A DNA stretch of 64,000 nucleotides. It comes from an uncultured cyanobacterium. Lineage in GTDB: Bacteria > Cyanobacteriota > Cyanobacteriia > Leptolyngbyales > Leptolyngbyaceae. Shown in pieces: positions 54,568-64,000 of this stretch (positions are counted from its first letter, which is position 1; every line of letters begins with the position of its first letter). Location of the stretch: contig CAVYAN010000061.1 in NCBI GenBank assembly GCA_963766075.1, positions 90,598 to 154,597 on the forward strand, read 5' to 3'. The notes under the pieces were generated by a model. It saw only the letters and a list, made by a program, of their open reading frames with translations, did no database searches and was not told the origin of the DNA. The position numbers were made by a program, and so were the translations under genes.

Positions 54568-55095
54568 CTAGCCAAAAATCTCGGCAGCAGCCGTCTTGTA
54601 GCATTGGTAGTCCTGCTCTGAGAAACAGACGAAGAGGATTTGATTAATCGCGGGATCGCCTTTCTTGAGGTAATGCTGGGTTTCATTGAGGGCAATGCGG
54701 CTGGCCCGTTCTATAGGAAAGCCGCAGGTGCCGGTGCTGATGGAGGGAAAAGCCACGGTGCGGATATCATACTCCTCCAGGAGAGCAAAGCAGCTCCGAT
54801 AGCATTGGGCCAGAAGTTCGGATTCGTGTTTGGAGCCGCCTTCCCAGCGGGGCCCAGCGGTGTGAATGATCCAGCGGACGGTCAGGTCGAAGCCTTTGGT
54901 AATGCGGGCCTCCCCGGTGGGGCATCCGTGCAGGTCGTGGCATTCGGCCAGGAGCTCTGGACCTGCTGCTGCTTGAATGGCATCATCAACGCTACCCCCC
55001 CCGTCAAGGCGACAGTTGGCCGCGTTGACGATCGCATCCACGGGCAGGCGGGTGATGTCCCCTTGAATAATGGAGATGGGTCTCGGCAAGCTCAT
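54568..55095 (-). CDS. Macrodomain (YmdB/MacroD-like) ADP-ribose binding/hydrolase protein
   Basis: GDITRLPVDAIVNAAN, GGG.VD.AI, IIHTAGP, AFPSISTG. Confidence 0.9.
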   Translation of the reverse strand: MSLPRPISIIQGDITRLPVDAIVNAANCRLDGGGSVDDAIQAAAGPELLAECHDLHGCPTGEARITKGFDLTVRWIIHTAGPRWEGGSKHESELLAQCYRSCFALLEEYDIRTVAFPSISTGTCGFPIERASRIALNETQHYLKKGDPAINQILFVCFSEQDYQCYKTAAAEIFG

Positions 55096-55307
55096 GCAAT
55101 TACCTGCGATAGAGGGCTGAATCGGCTGGCTGTGTATCGGCAATCTCGGACAGATCTGGGACAGTTATGATAGCGGAAATATCAGATGGCTGTGCCGTGG
55201 CGACGGGTACTGGTATTTTTCCCGATGCTTTCAGGCACTCTCTAGTTTTACAGGGTTTATTTCTTTTACACTATTCATTTCAATCATTTTTTCCATTGTT
55301 TATTGAA

Positions 55308-56684
55308 ATGACAGTCAAAGCTCCCGTGGTGACGCAATTATCTTTCCTGATGGCAATTCCAAAGCAGTGGGTAAAGCGGGAATTACTGCCCTTCTTGGCG
55401 GATTTGCGATTGGCGATCGCGCTGCTGCTGACCATTGCCCTCTTCAGCATCAGCGGCACGGTGATTGAGCAGGGGCAATCCCTGGCCTTTTATCAAAAGA
55501 ACTATCCGGAAGCGCCCGCCCTGTTTGGCTTCTTGACCTGGAAGGTGTTGCTGACGGTGGGACTGGATCATGTCTATCGCACATGGTGGTTTCTCGGGCT
55601 ACTGGTGTTGTTTGGCACGAGTTTGGCCACCTGTACATTTAAGCGCCAGTTGCCCGCCTTGAAGTGGTTTAACCGCTCGCAGAAGCTTTATACGCGATCG
55701 CAGCAGTTCCGCAAGTTCAGCCTCAGTGCCGAATTTGATCAGGCGAGCTTGCCCAGCATCTTGCCGCTATTGACCCAGAGCCGCTATCGCATTTTCCAGG
55801 AGGGTGACTCGGTTTATGCCCGAAAGGGATTAATCGGACGGATTGGGCCAATTGTGGTCCATGCCAGTATGCTGCTGATCTTGGCAGGAGGAATTATCGG
55901 GGCACTGACGGGGTTTATTGCCCAGGAAATGATTCCCAGTGGCACGACCTTCCAGGTCAAAAATGTCACCGATGCGGGTCCCTATGCTGGCTCCCAAGTG
56001 CCCAAGGATTGGTCGGTGCGGGTAAATCGCTTCTGGATTGACTATCGTGATACCGGAGCGATCGACCAGTTTTATTCCGACATGACGGTCCTCGATCAGG
56101 CGGGGCAGGCAGTGAAGCACAAAATCATTCATGTGAATGAACCACTGCGCTATAAAGGGGTGACGCTGTATCAGGCCAGTTGGGCGATCGCCGCGGCTAA
56201 AGTTCGCATCAATCGTAGTCCCGTGTTCCAACTGCCCATGGCAGAACTCAAAACCATTGGTCAGGGCCAAATCTGGGGCACCTGGGTACCCACCAAGCCG
56301 GATCTCAGTGAGGGCGTTTCCCTGGTAGCCAAGGACTTGCAGGGCATGGTGCTGATTTACGACATGCAGGGCAAGTTAGTCACGACCATTCGCAAGGGCA
56401 TGTCTGCCGAGGTCAATGGGGTAACGCTGTATGTAGATGATCTGATTGGCAGTACAGGGTTACAAATCAAAGCCGATCCGGGTATTCCGCTGGTCTACGC
56501 TGGATTTGGGCTGCTGATGCTGGGCGTGATCATGAGCTATGTGTCCCATTCGCAAGTCTGGGTGTTATGCAAAGACGGCAAGCTCTATGTGGGCGGCACC
56601 ACCAATCGCGCCCAGGTTAGCTTTGAACGGGAAATGCTGCACCTGTTTGACCAATTAGCTGAGTCTGGGAAAGCCGCCACTTAA
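55308..56684 (+). CDS. ccs1: Cytochrome c biogenesis protein Ccs1/CcsB (ResB)
   Basis: [59 protein letters not shown]. Confidence 0.93.
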   Translation: MTVKAPVVTQLSFLMAIPKQWVKRELLPFLADLRLAIALLLTIALFSISGTVIEQGQSLAFYQKNYPEAPALFGFLTWKVLLTVGLDHVYRTWWFLGLLVLFGTSLATCTFKRQLPALKWFNRSQKLYTRSQQFRKFSLSAEFDQASLPSILPLLTQSRYRIFQEGDSVYARKGLIGRIGPIVVHASMLLILAGGIIGALTGFIAQEMIPSGTTFQVKNVTDAGPYAGSQVPKDWSVRVNRFWIDYRDTGAIDQFYSDMTVLDQAGQAVKHKIIHVNEPLRYKGVTLYQASWAIAAAKVRINRSPVFQLPMAELKTIGQGQIWGTWVPTKPDLSEGVSLVAKDLQGMVLIYDMQGKLVTTIRKGMSAEVNGVTLYVDDLIGSTGLQIKADPGIPLVYAGFGLLMLGVIMSYVSHSQVWVLCKDGKLYVGGTTNRAQVSFEREMLHLFDQLAESGKAAT

Positions 56685-56821
56685 ACCCAAAGCAACCCCG
56701 GAGAACATGATGCTATTCAGTCTCTAGCAATGTCATGACGATTGGCGATCGCCGTGACGATCCTATTTCTGTGTTAATGCATTTGTGTGGACTGCTTATC
56801 GCCGATAATGGCTTCCTACCA

Positions 56822-56973
56822 GGCGATCGCACGGCCAACCAACCGCGATTCTCTACGAGAGGCGATGCCAACGCCTTTAGGAATTTAGGGGCGATCGCTG
56901 GATCAATTCATCAACCCGCGATTGCTCATCATGCCATCGGAAAAGGGCGATCGCACGGCCAACCAACCGCGAT
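56822..56973. repeat. 28-bp direct repeat pair starting at HIP1
   Basis: GGCGATCGCACGGCCAACCAACCGCGAT at 56822-56849 and 56946-56973, with a degenerate copy near 56889. Confidence 0.8.
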
Positions 56974-57157
56974 CGCCGAAATGGTTTTTGCGAGAGCTGA
57001 AATGGTTTTTGCGATAGTCGAAATAGCTTTTGCGATCGCCGAATCAGTTTCCGCGACAGTCGAAATGTCTTTTGCAACAGCCACAACGGTTTCCGCGATA
57101 GTCGAAATGGTTTTTGCGATAGTCGAAATGATTTTTGCGATCGCTAAATCGGTTTTG
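56969..57157. repeat. Tandem array of nine 21-bp units
   Basis: Consensus GCGATAGTCGAAATGGTTTTT, exact 21-bp period, no spacers. Confidence 0.9.
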
Positions 57158-57324
57158 ACCCTCGCCGTTGCGGAAAACCGATCTAGGGAAATCGCGATGT
57201 TTTACGGAGAAACACAGAATCTTGATATTAAAACGATACCAGATCGTTAGAATCCTGAATCTCGCTGGAATGCAGCTAAAGCCAACGTTAAAGAAGCAGA
57301 CGCAGTAAATTTGAGGAATTGATT

Positions 57325-58310
57325 ATGTCGTTAAAAAACACGCGGATCCGGTGCTGTGGATAAAGCCCAATTCAGCCTACTGTTCTACGCTGCCTGAATT
57401 GGATAAAGTCGAGCTTAGATAGGGTTAGGCGTTGGGACTGCTAGTGTTGCGAGTGCGGCTATAGGTGAAGGGATTAAGATCCAAACTTCAAGAAACAGTG
57501 ACTGGACTTGAATTGTCAGCACACGTGATGGCAACCAGTGGACTGCAGATCAGTTGTGCCCCACTGCCGCAGATGCGTACGGTGTAAACAGTGAATCGCC
57601 TGCGGCAATCGTGTATAAGGATCGACTGCTTTGTATTCGTCAAGGACGTGATAGCAGCTATCTTTGGTGTGGTGAATTCAACGGTGTTTCATGGCTAACT
57701 GACCAACACATTGGTAGACCCGGTAATACGTTTTGCTCAACCGGTGCGCCAGCCCTCGTAGAGTACAACGGCACGTTGTATTGCTTTAATCAGGAAAAAG
57801 ATGATAAAGGCTGGCTGTGGATGACATCGATCACAGCTCCCGCACCCACAACACCGAGCGCATCTGTTTCTGCACGCGCAACATCGAGCGCATCTGTTGC
57901 TTTACAGGCTCACAACGGTCAATTCGTTTGTGCTGAGGGCGGGGGCGGTCAAAATCTGATTGCTAATCGTCCTGCCGCTGGCATCTGGGAAACATTTACC
58001 CGCATACGCCGTTAATGGTGTGGATAAAGGTGGCGTGGCGGCAATGATGGCCCAGATTCTGGCTGGTGGGCGAATGTTTACCAGCAATAAAGATTGGAAA
58101 GTCAACCTAAATCTGCGGTCGGGTTGGGAAACTAGCAACTTTGACGATAGTGCTTGGGCGGCCACCGAATAAGATCGCTATGGAACTGCACCTTAGGGCA
58201 AGAACATCTTGGTTTGACCAACCGATAGTCAGGCGCGCTGGATTGGGTCTGGAACTGCTGATGCAGATGACATAGTTTATATGCGCCTGACGTTCTTCGT
58301 CGCTGGATAG
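57325..58310 (+). pseudogene. Decayed multidomain lectin-like gene (propeller-like repeats, fascin-like repeat, galactose-binding-like domain)
   Basis: SPAAIVYKDRLLC / APALVEYNGTLYC repeats; VALQAHNGQFVCAEGGGGQNLIANR..WETF; WKV..GWETSNFDDSAW..ARWI. Several in-frame stops (57509, 58170 and two more downstream) and a frame change near 58010. Confidence 0.6.
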
Positions 58311-58329
58311 TTAATGTCGTTTACTCAAG

Positions 58330-58369
58330 CGCTCGTACCACAGCGATCGCCATCGCCGTGGTACGAGCG
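58330..58369 (+). terminator. Hairpin after lectin pseudogene
   Basis: CGCTCGTACCACAGCGAT / ATCGCCGTGGTACGAGCG, 18-bp stem with one mismatch. Confidence 0.6.
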
Positions 58370-58488
58370 TCATCTTTGTCGTCTGCAGTCCCTAATGCAC
58401 CTCCTACTCCTCAGCTGATAAATTCTTGGGAGCGCATCATGCTCATGAATTCTTTGAAGCAAGCGATCGCAGTCTAACCGCGCTGCCC

Positions 58489-58553
58489 AGAAACCGGGGC
58501 TCTTACAGCGATGGTGGACGATGGCGGTGATTTCTGGCAGAACCCCGGTTTCT
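58489..58553. repeat. REP-like inverted repeat flanked by HIP1 sites
   Basis: AGAAACCGGGGCTCT ... AGAACCCCGGTTTCT (14/15); GCGATCGC at 58463 and 58563. Confidence 0.6.
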
Positions 58554-58747
58554 CAAACCCCCGCGATCGCCCTTAAGTCAATCCTGCCCGGGAAATCTAT
58601 TCTTAGCTATTGGAGCCGCTCTATCGGAGCCGCCATATCGAAGTTATCAATGAAACCCGGAAGAGAAAGAAACCCGGAAAAGGTCGGCGGTGGGCGAACG
58701 AGATCGTTGGCTCACCCATAGGTTGATTATTATCTCCTCCCTTACCC

Positions 58748-58855
58748 ATGCCTGACGATTTTCCCCTCTTCCTCGCTGGCGTGGCCTTATTCATCCTTTA
58801 CCTTGTGTTCTCGGCCCTGACCGAAATGGGTACAAAGCTTCCCTGGAAGAAATAG
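58748..58855 (+). CDS. 35-aa single-TM small protein
   Basis: MPDDFPLFLAGVALFILYLVFSALTEMGTKLPWKK*: acidic N-term, one TM, basic C-term. Confidence 0.6.
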   Translation: MPDDFPLFLAGVALFILYLVFSALTEMGTKLPWKK

Positions 58856-59136
58856 CCTCCGGTCCTGCCGTTTGCCCGCCCTAGTTGCGAGATGAGCGAG
58901 CAAAGGCAAACTCCGCCCACGGCAATCCGCGGATAATGGCGCGTTGTCTAGCCGTCTCATTCAGCCATCCCATGCTCATTCAGCCATCCCATGCCAAAAG
59001 GTCGAGGGGAAAGCCTCCAAAATGGCCAAGAAAAACCGATGAAAAGTCAAAATTGTGCTTGATCCCCGACCATGGAGTATCGTGGATAACGTCCAGCATC
59101 AGGGATAGATTGGGGTATTTTTCTGGAGCCAGGGTG

Positions 59137-60000
59137 ATGACAAATCCAGTCAATGACATTTTTAGTCAGGCCCAACAGGGCAGTGTGGCTGCCATCATTC
59201 AAGTTTTGAATGATAAGCTGGCGTCGTCGGGCGTGCGAACCCGCGCCATGTTTGCCGATGGTGTACTGCAACTGTTGTGTGAAGCCGCCACCATAGAGCA
59301 GATGGATCAAGCCACCCTCACTGGGCGGGTAAAGCAAATTTTGGAAGCGATCGCCCCGCGCAATATTCGCCGCGTCAACATCAACAGCCGCATCGTCTGC
59401 GAACAGCAACTGCTCTGGCTGGATGAAATTCGTCGCCATCCCGACAAACTGCTCTGGTCCCAGGAAATCACCCTCAAAAAACCCAATTTCTTGACCCAAC
59501 TCCAGAAAGATCGGCAGGCCAAAAGGTCCGAAGCCCTGGCCGGACTGCCCACGCAGTCAGCGGGGCAATTACGTGCCCAGCACCAGTTTCAACGGGGAAG
59601 CTTGCTGGGTGCGGGCAGTGTCCTCCTTGTCTTGTTAGCCGGGTGGGGCGCGTACACAGGATTTTTCCGTACCTGGCCTGCCCCGTCCCCAGAGCCCGCC
59701 GCCCAGCCTCAAGCCACCGCTGTCTCCCAGGGGACAAATTCCCCCCGGCCAGGGGCTGAGGATGCCTTTGCCGAAGCCGTTCGACTCGCCGAAAAAGCAG
59801 CACAGCAGGGCCGCAGGGCAAATTCAGCCGCGGAATGGCTGGCGATCGCGACCCTATGGCAACAAGCCTCGGACCTAATGGCCAAACTGCCCGCCACCGA
59901 TCCCCGCATCAAACTTGCAGAAGAGCGGATTGTTACCTATCGCGCCAATAGTGCCGCCGCCCTCAAAGCTGCCGAGAAACAACAACCCACCGTGCCCTAG
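59137..60000 (+). CDS. Conserved cyanobacterial membrane-anchored hypothetical protein
   Basis: QAQQGSVAAIIQVLN..GVRTRA..GVLQLLCEA, one TM, C-terminal DAFAEAVRLAE..WQQASDLM helical domain. Confidence 0.75.
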   Translation: MTNPVNDIFSQAQQGSVAAIIQVLNDKLASSGVRTRAMFADGVLQLLCEAATIEQMDQATLTGRVKQILEAIAPRNIRRVNINSRIVCEQQLLWLDEIRRHPDKLLWSQEITLKKPNFLTQLQKDRQAKRSEALAGLPTQSAGQLRAQHQFQRGSLLGAGSVLLVLLAGWGAYTGFFRTWPAPSPEPAAQPQATAVSQGTNSPRPGAEDAFAEAVRLAEKAAQQGRRANSAAEWLAIATLWQQASDLMAKLPATDPRIKLAEERIVTYRANSAAALKAAEKQQPTVP

Positions 60001-60093
60001 TGGCCCGGTTTGCCAGCATCAACTTGCCAGCATCAATTTGCCATCACGAATCCATTACACCATTTCAGCCCAGAGCCATTCCCAAGTCCAGAG

Positions 60094-61785
60094 TTACTCA
60101 ATGCTTACCCCTCGCACACTTTGAGGCTTCTGGCGGGCTGTCACCGGGGCATTTTGAATTTCTCGCTCCCGCACCCGATGGGCCTGAAAGTATTGCTGCC
60201 ACATCGCAGGCGCATCCAGCGTATTGCCGCCATGGGCCGTTAGGCGAGTCCGCACCTTGCACAGTACCGGCGTGTTAACACAGGCCCCCGCCACGATCAG
60301 TTGGCCTTTCGTCAGTGCGGGCAACTCCTTCAACAAATCCCGGCCCGCCGCTTCCACCCCATATTTCAAACTCTCCTGGTCCACCGGATTGACAATCCGC
60401 ATCAAAAATTGACTCATGCACTGGGACAGTACATCGGCATCCAGCTTGCCGGGGCGCTGGGTAATCAGCCCTACACCCAGGCCAAACTTGCGTCCTTCGC
60501 TGAGGATTGTCCGAATCACCGCCTTGCAGCGAGAGGGTTCGTGGGCCGGGGCAAAGCGGTGGGCTTCTTCCAGCAGAATGAACAGCGGATAGGGTAGATA
60601 GCCCTCGTCATCGGGGCCGATCAGCTCCTTTTGGGTGCCCATGCGGGCCTGGTTAGCCTGCCGCAAAATCGTGGCACAGATGACCTGCTGTTCTTCTTGG
60701 CTAATTTCGTTCATTTGCAAAACAGTCACCTGGCCGGGAGCAAACAGATCCTTGGGGCAGAGATGTTCAAAGGCGTGGAAATAGGGCGATCGCTCCATTT
60801 TTTCCAGCTTCCAGGTAATCGCGGGAGCCGAGGAGCCCGTCTTTAGATTCCCCTCGTCATCTTCGGCGGTGTCGGCTTCGTTGACGGCGGCGATCAGATC
60901 CTGCACACTCCAGCGGTAGTCGCCCTTGCGGTGGCGCTGAATGATCCGAAAGGCTTTGTTGAGGATGGCCTGCTGGCGATCGCTCATCTCCGGTAGCAGG
61001 GTCAAAATGTCGTAATAATCCAGGGACGAAATCCGAATCCGAATATCATCCGGAGTCAGAATTTTCACCCTGGGCGCATAACCATCATCACCCTGAAAGG
61101 CCGGATGCCCCTGCATTTCCATCAAGGTGTCGTATTCCCCATGGGGGTCAAAAATTAGGACTGCGGCCCGGTTGTATGGCAGCATTAGCTCCTCAATTAA
61201 CACGCCCGCCGTGTAGGACTTGCCCGATCCCGTTCCCGCCAAAATCGCCATGTGGGTACTGACCAGTTCCTTCACATCCAGCGTCACAGGTACGTCGGTA
61301 TCCCGCAGCAGCAGCGAACCGATCTGGGCTGAGCCAATCGCACCGGGCTGCTTGCGGTTGAGCACCGCCCGCAGCATCTCGTCATCCGCTAAATGAACCT
61401 TGGCCCCGGGATCCGGCGTGCGACGGGGATTCATAAAGCCCAGACGGCCATCGAAGTAGCCAATGACATCGACGGTGACTTGGTAAATTTCCGGGTTGGT
61501 ATCGGTGAAACCCACCAAAGCCGCAATGGTTTCAGGACTAATCTCCGTATCGGCAAACAGGCGATCGGGCAGGTGATCAATCAGGCAGGTGGCAGAAATT
61601 TTGCCCAAAATACGCAATGTACCCTGATCAGACGCGGGAGTGACCTTGTAATAAACAAACTCGCCAATTTTGACCCGCCGATTGTCCGCCGTGATGAAAA
61701 CGTACTGATTGCCGGTTTCGCCCGGTCCCTTGACCGTGCCAATTACCTGGGATTCAACCGCTGCTATGCCCTGTCGAGAATTCAT
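60094..61785 (-). CDS. HerA/FtsK-family ATPase (HAS-barrel + DUF87)
   Basis: VKIGEFVYY HAS barrel, HMAILAGTGSGKS Walker A, FDPHGEY, LEEAHRF Walker B, EGRKFG, TQRP. Confidence 0.9.
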   Translation of the reverse strand: MNSRQGIAAVESQVIGTVKGPGETGNQYVFITADNRRVKIGEFVYYKVTPASDQGTLRILGKISATCLIDHLPDRLFADTEISPETIAALVGFTDTNPEIYQVTVDVIGYFDGRLGFMNPRRTPDPGAKVHLADDEMLRAVLNRKQPGAIGSAQIGSLLLRDTDVPVTLDVKELVSTHMAILAGTGSGKSYTAGVLIEELMLPYNRAAVLIFDPHGEYDTLMEMQGHPAFQGDDGYAPRVKILTPDDIRIRISSLDYYDILTLLPEMSDRQQAILNKAFRIIQRHRKGDYRWSVQDLIAAVNEADTAEDDEGNLKTGSSAPAITWKLEKMERSPYFHAFEHLCPKDLFAPGQVTVLQMNEISQEEQQVICATILRQANQARMGTQKELIGPDDEGYLPYPLFILLEEAHRFAPAHEPSRCKAVIRTILSEGRKFGLGVGLITQRPGKLDADVLSQCMSQFLMRIVNPVDQESLKYGVEAAGRDLLKELPALTKGQLIVAGACVNTPVLCKVRTRLTAHGGNTLDAPAMWQQYFQAHRVREREIQNAPVTARQKPQSVRGVSIE

Positions 61786-61859
61786 TCGGTATGCTTACCC
61801 CTTGCCAAGCCGGGACCAGCGCCAAGCCAGGACATTCGTACTGATTCCTGTTTTTAATC

Positions 61860-62140
61860 CTAGCGGATCTGAGTCAGTCTGCGATCGCAAATTATCCCCT
61901 TAAGCCGGGAACGGAGCAAAAAAGTTTTCAACACCGTCGGCATGCGGCGCGACCAGGCGTCTTCAGTGTGATCACCCTGGGGGGCCTCGACCACAAACAA
62001 GGTGTGATTGATTGGGTAGCCGAACTCCCTGTGGAGCAAATCCCGCATTTCCCACCCCCGCTGGGTTGCCCGCTCTTCAATAAATTATGCGGTCCGCCCG
62101 CCCGCACTCGTCCCCGGTCCAGATAATTTTTATCGGTTTC
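61860..62140 (-). pseudogene. C-terminal fragment of alpha/beta-fold esterase
   Basis: YLD.G.., IEERATQRG.EMRDLL..FGY..LFVVE.PQGDHTEDAWSRRMP spread over shifted frames; N-terminus absent. Confidence 0.5.
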
Positions 62141-62342
62141 ACGGCGCTTTGGAGCATCGGGCGAGTCCCTGCCAGCAGTTTAGACGATCGCAATGCCGGG
62201 ACAAAGATTTACGAGAATTTACTGCGAAATACTGACTGTGCTTGGGCACTTTAGACACATGCAATACGAAGATTGCATCCACACTCCACCCGAAAAAGTT
62301 GTACTTTCTTGGCGGAACAATCGCACTGTTATAGGCGTTCTC

Positions 62343-64000
62343 ATGGTTTCCATCTCTGCATCTAAAAAGCATCGGTTAGTCCAGACCCAGCCCGCGATCG
62401 CCCCGGCTGATCCCTGGCAAACAGTCTCCCAGGATCTGTTCCATCTGCTGGCGACCAATACTGAGCCAGAACCCTTACTGGTTGATATGGCCGCTGCCTT
62501 AAGCTGTGCCTTTCCCGGCGATGGACATGTGATGATTTTGCCACGGTATGGACAGTCCTTTGCCGCCGCAGGTTTCCGGCACAACGCCATGTTTCCCCAG
62601 CCCCTAGCGGGGAAAGGCACCTGGGATTGGACGGCCCTAAACCGGACTGGCTCCGCCATCATACCGACAGTGCTCAACAATCTGGAATGCGATACTTCAG
62701 ACAGTCCAGGGGATGCATTGCTGGGGGCTTGGAACCAAATCACCCCTGAGGGAAAGGATTCCGCCCGCGCCATTTTAGGGCTGCCCCTCCAGTTTCAAGG
62801 GGAGATTCATGGACTTCTAGGCGTGGTGAAAGCGCAACCCTACACCTGGACGGATCAGGATATTGCGGGTTTGAATGCTGGGGCATTGCCGATCGCGATC
62901 GCCCTTTCCCAGTTCCATGCCAAACATCGGTGGCAGCAGCAGGACCGCTATCATGCAATTGTCAACCAACTCACCTTCGCCCTGCGCCATGCGTCCGACC
63001 TCAGCGAGATCATTCGGCTCGCCACTGAAGGCACGGCCCAGGCGCTCCACGTCCCTCGGGGCATGCTGCTGCGCCTGAAATACTGGGATCCGTTGTTCAA
63101 GCAGCGGCAATCGGAAGCTCCCCCCAAGGTTCGGGTATCCCTCGATTGTGAATGGTACTACGACACCGCCACCGCTGGCGCGGAGCAGTCCCATGCCAGT
63201 CCTGCTTCCTCCTCAGACGCACTGCTGAATCAATCCTTCTGGATCTCTGAATGTGCCCTTTGCTACAAAGCCTTTAGTCAGCCGGGACGGGCCTTGGTGA
63301 TCAGTGACCAAAGTGCTGTAACAGAGGACGTAGCCGCAATCTTTAACGTCCGGGACTTTCCTGCCCTGATGATTGCTCCCCTCGAAAGCCAGGGCATGGT
63401 GCTGGGTTTTTTGGTGTTTCAACAGGTGCAGCCAGAAGTCTGGGCCCCAGAGGATATTGAACTGGTTGAACTCGTCGCGGCCCAAGTCAGTGCCGCGATC
63501 ATGCAAACAGAGACCCTGCGCCAAGTGCAATCCCTGGTCGAAAAGCGCACGGCTGAATTGCAACACAGCCTTGCCGTCCAAGCCAAACTGTACGATCGCA
63601 CCCGCCAACAAATTGACCAACTGCGTCGCCTCAACCAAATGAAGGACGAGTTCCTGAGCACCGTCAGCCACGAACTCCGGACTCCCCTAACCAGCATGAC
63701 CATGGCGATTCGCATGCTGCGCCAAACCAGTTTGGCCAATGAGTCCCTACCCGCCGCCGAACGCGATCGCGCCCTGCGCTACCTCGACATCTTGGAGCAG
63801 CAGTGTAGCCAGGAAGTTAACTTAGTCAACGATCTGCTCACCCTCCAGGAATTGGAATCGAAAAAAGCCCGCCCGGCGGCCCAAGACATCGATGTGGTGG
63901 CCCTAGTCAAAGATTTAGCGATCGCCTTCGACCAAAAATGGTCCCCCAAAGGACTCGTTCTCGATCTGGCCTTGCCCGCCAAGCCCCTGCGGATGCAAAC
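62343..64000 (+). CDS. GAF-GAF sensor histidine kinase, runs off window
   Basis: Manual translation is open from ATG 62259/62343. Two GAF regions (LPLQFQGEIHG; APLESQGMVLGFL..ELVAAQV), then the H-box MKDEFLSTVSHELRTPLTSM. Not in the ORF track. Confidence 0.9.
   Translation, partial: MVSISASKKHRLVQTQPAIAPADPWQTVSQDLFHLLATNTEPEPLLVDMAAALSCAFPGDGHVMILPRYGQSFAAAGFRHNAMFPQPLAGKGTWDWTALNRTGSAIIPTVLNNLECDTSDSPGDALLGAWNQITPEGKDSARAILGLPLQFQGEIHGLLGVVKAQPYTWTDQDIAGLNAGALPIAIALSQFHAKHRWQQQDRYHAIVNQLTFALRHASDLSEIIRLATEGTAQALHVPRGMLLRLKYWDPLFKQRQSEAPPKVRVSLDCEWYYDTATAGAEQSHASPASSSDALLNQSFWISECALCYKAFSQPGRALVISDQSAVTEDVAAIFNVRDFPALMIAPLESQGMVLGFLVFQQVQPEVWAPEDIELVELVAAQVSAAIMQTETLRQVQSLVEKRTAELQHSLAVQAKLYDRTRQQIDQLRRLNQMKDEFLSTVSHELRTPLTSMTMAIRMLRQTSLANESLPAAERDRALRYLDILEQQCSQEVNLVNDLLTLQELESKKARPAAQDIDVVALVKDLAIAFDQKWSPKGLVLDLALPAKPLRMQ

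Noticed and set aside
56744..57157. Possible CRISPR array
   Set aside because: The 21-bp units have no spacers, the 28-bp repeat has only two good copies with irregular spacing, and there are no cas genes in the window
56735..57250. 171-aa ORF across the repeat array as a real gene
   Set aside because: The open frame is largely explained by stop-free repeats; there is no recognisable domain or RBS

Overview
Cyanobacterial chromosomal DNA, shown by very dense HIP1 GCGATCGC sites and by psbI, ccmO/ccmP and chlL/chlN. Most of the window is housekeeping or conserved cyanobacterial genes: DUF3769/LptD-like, psbI, three glycosyltransferases, ccmP, ccmO, purN, cugP-like, scpA, lapA, a B12 radical SAM, murQ, smpB, inrS, hhoA, pepN, chlN/chlL, ftsW, ccdA/ccs1, a HerA-like ATPase and a GAF histidine kinase. 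The notable accessory features are: (1) a divergent FHA-CHAT protease / DUF928 / CHASE2 cyclase module; (2) a decayed ISAzo13-family element that truncates a Cap4/DUF4297-like defence nuclease; (3) three MITEs of 139-157 bp with 3-bp target duplications whose ends match that IS, carrying a hairpin with an invertible loop and a ~20-23-nt micro-insertion also found inside the transposase; (4) a non-canonical macrodomain gene between ccdA and ccs1; (5) a 21-bp tandem array next to a decayed lectin gene; (6) a 35-aa membrane microprotein below the ORF-track cut-off. Several conserved genes carry 1-2-nt frameshifts that look like sequencing indels. No CRISPR array, tRNA or rRNA was seen. All family assignments come from motif recognition; no searches were run.
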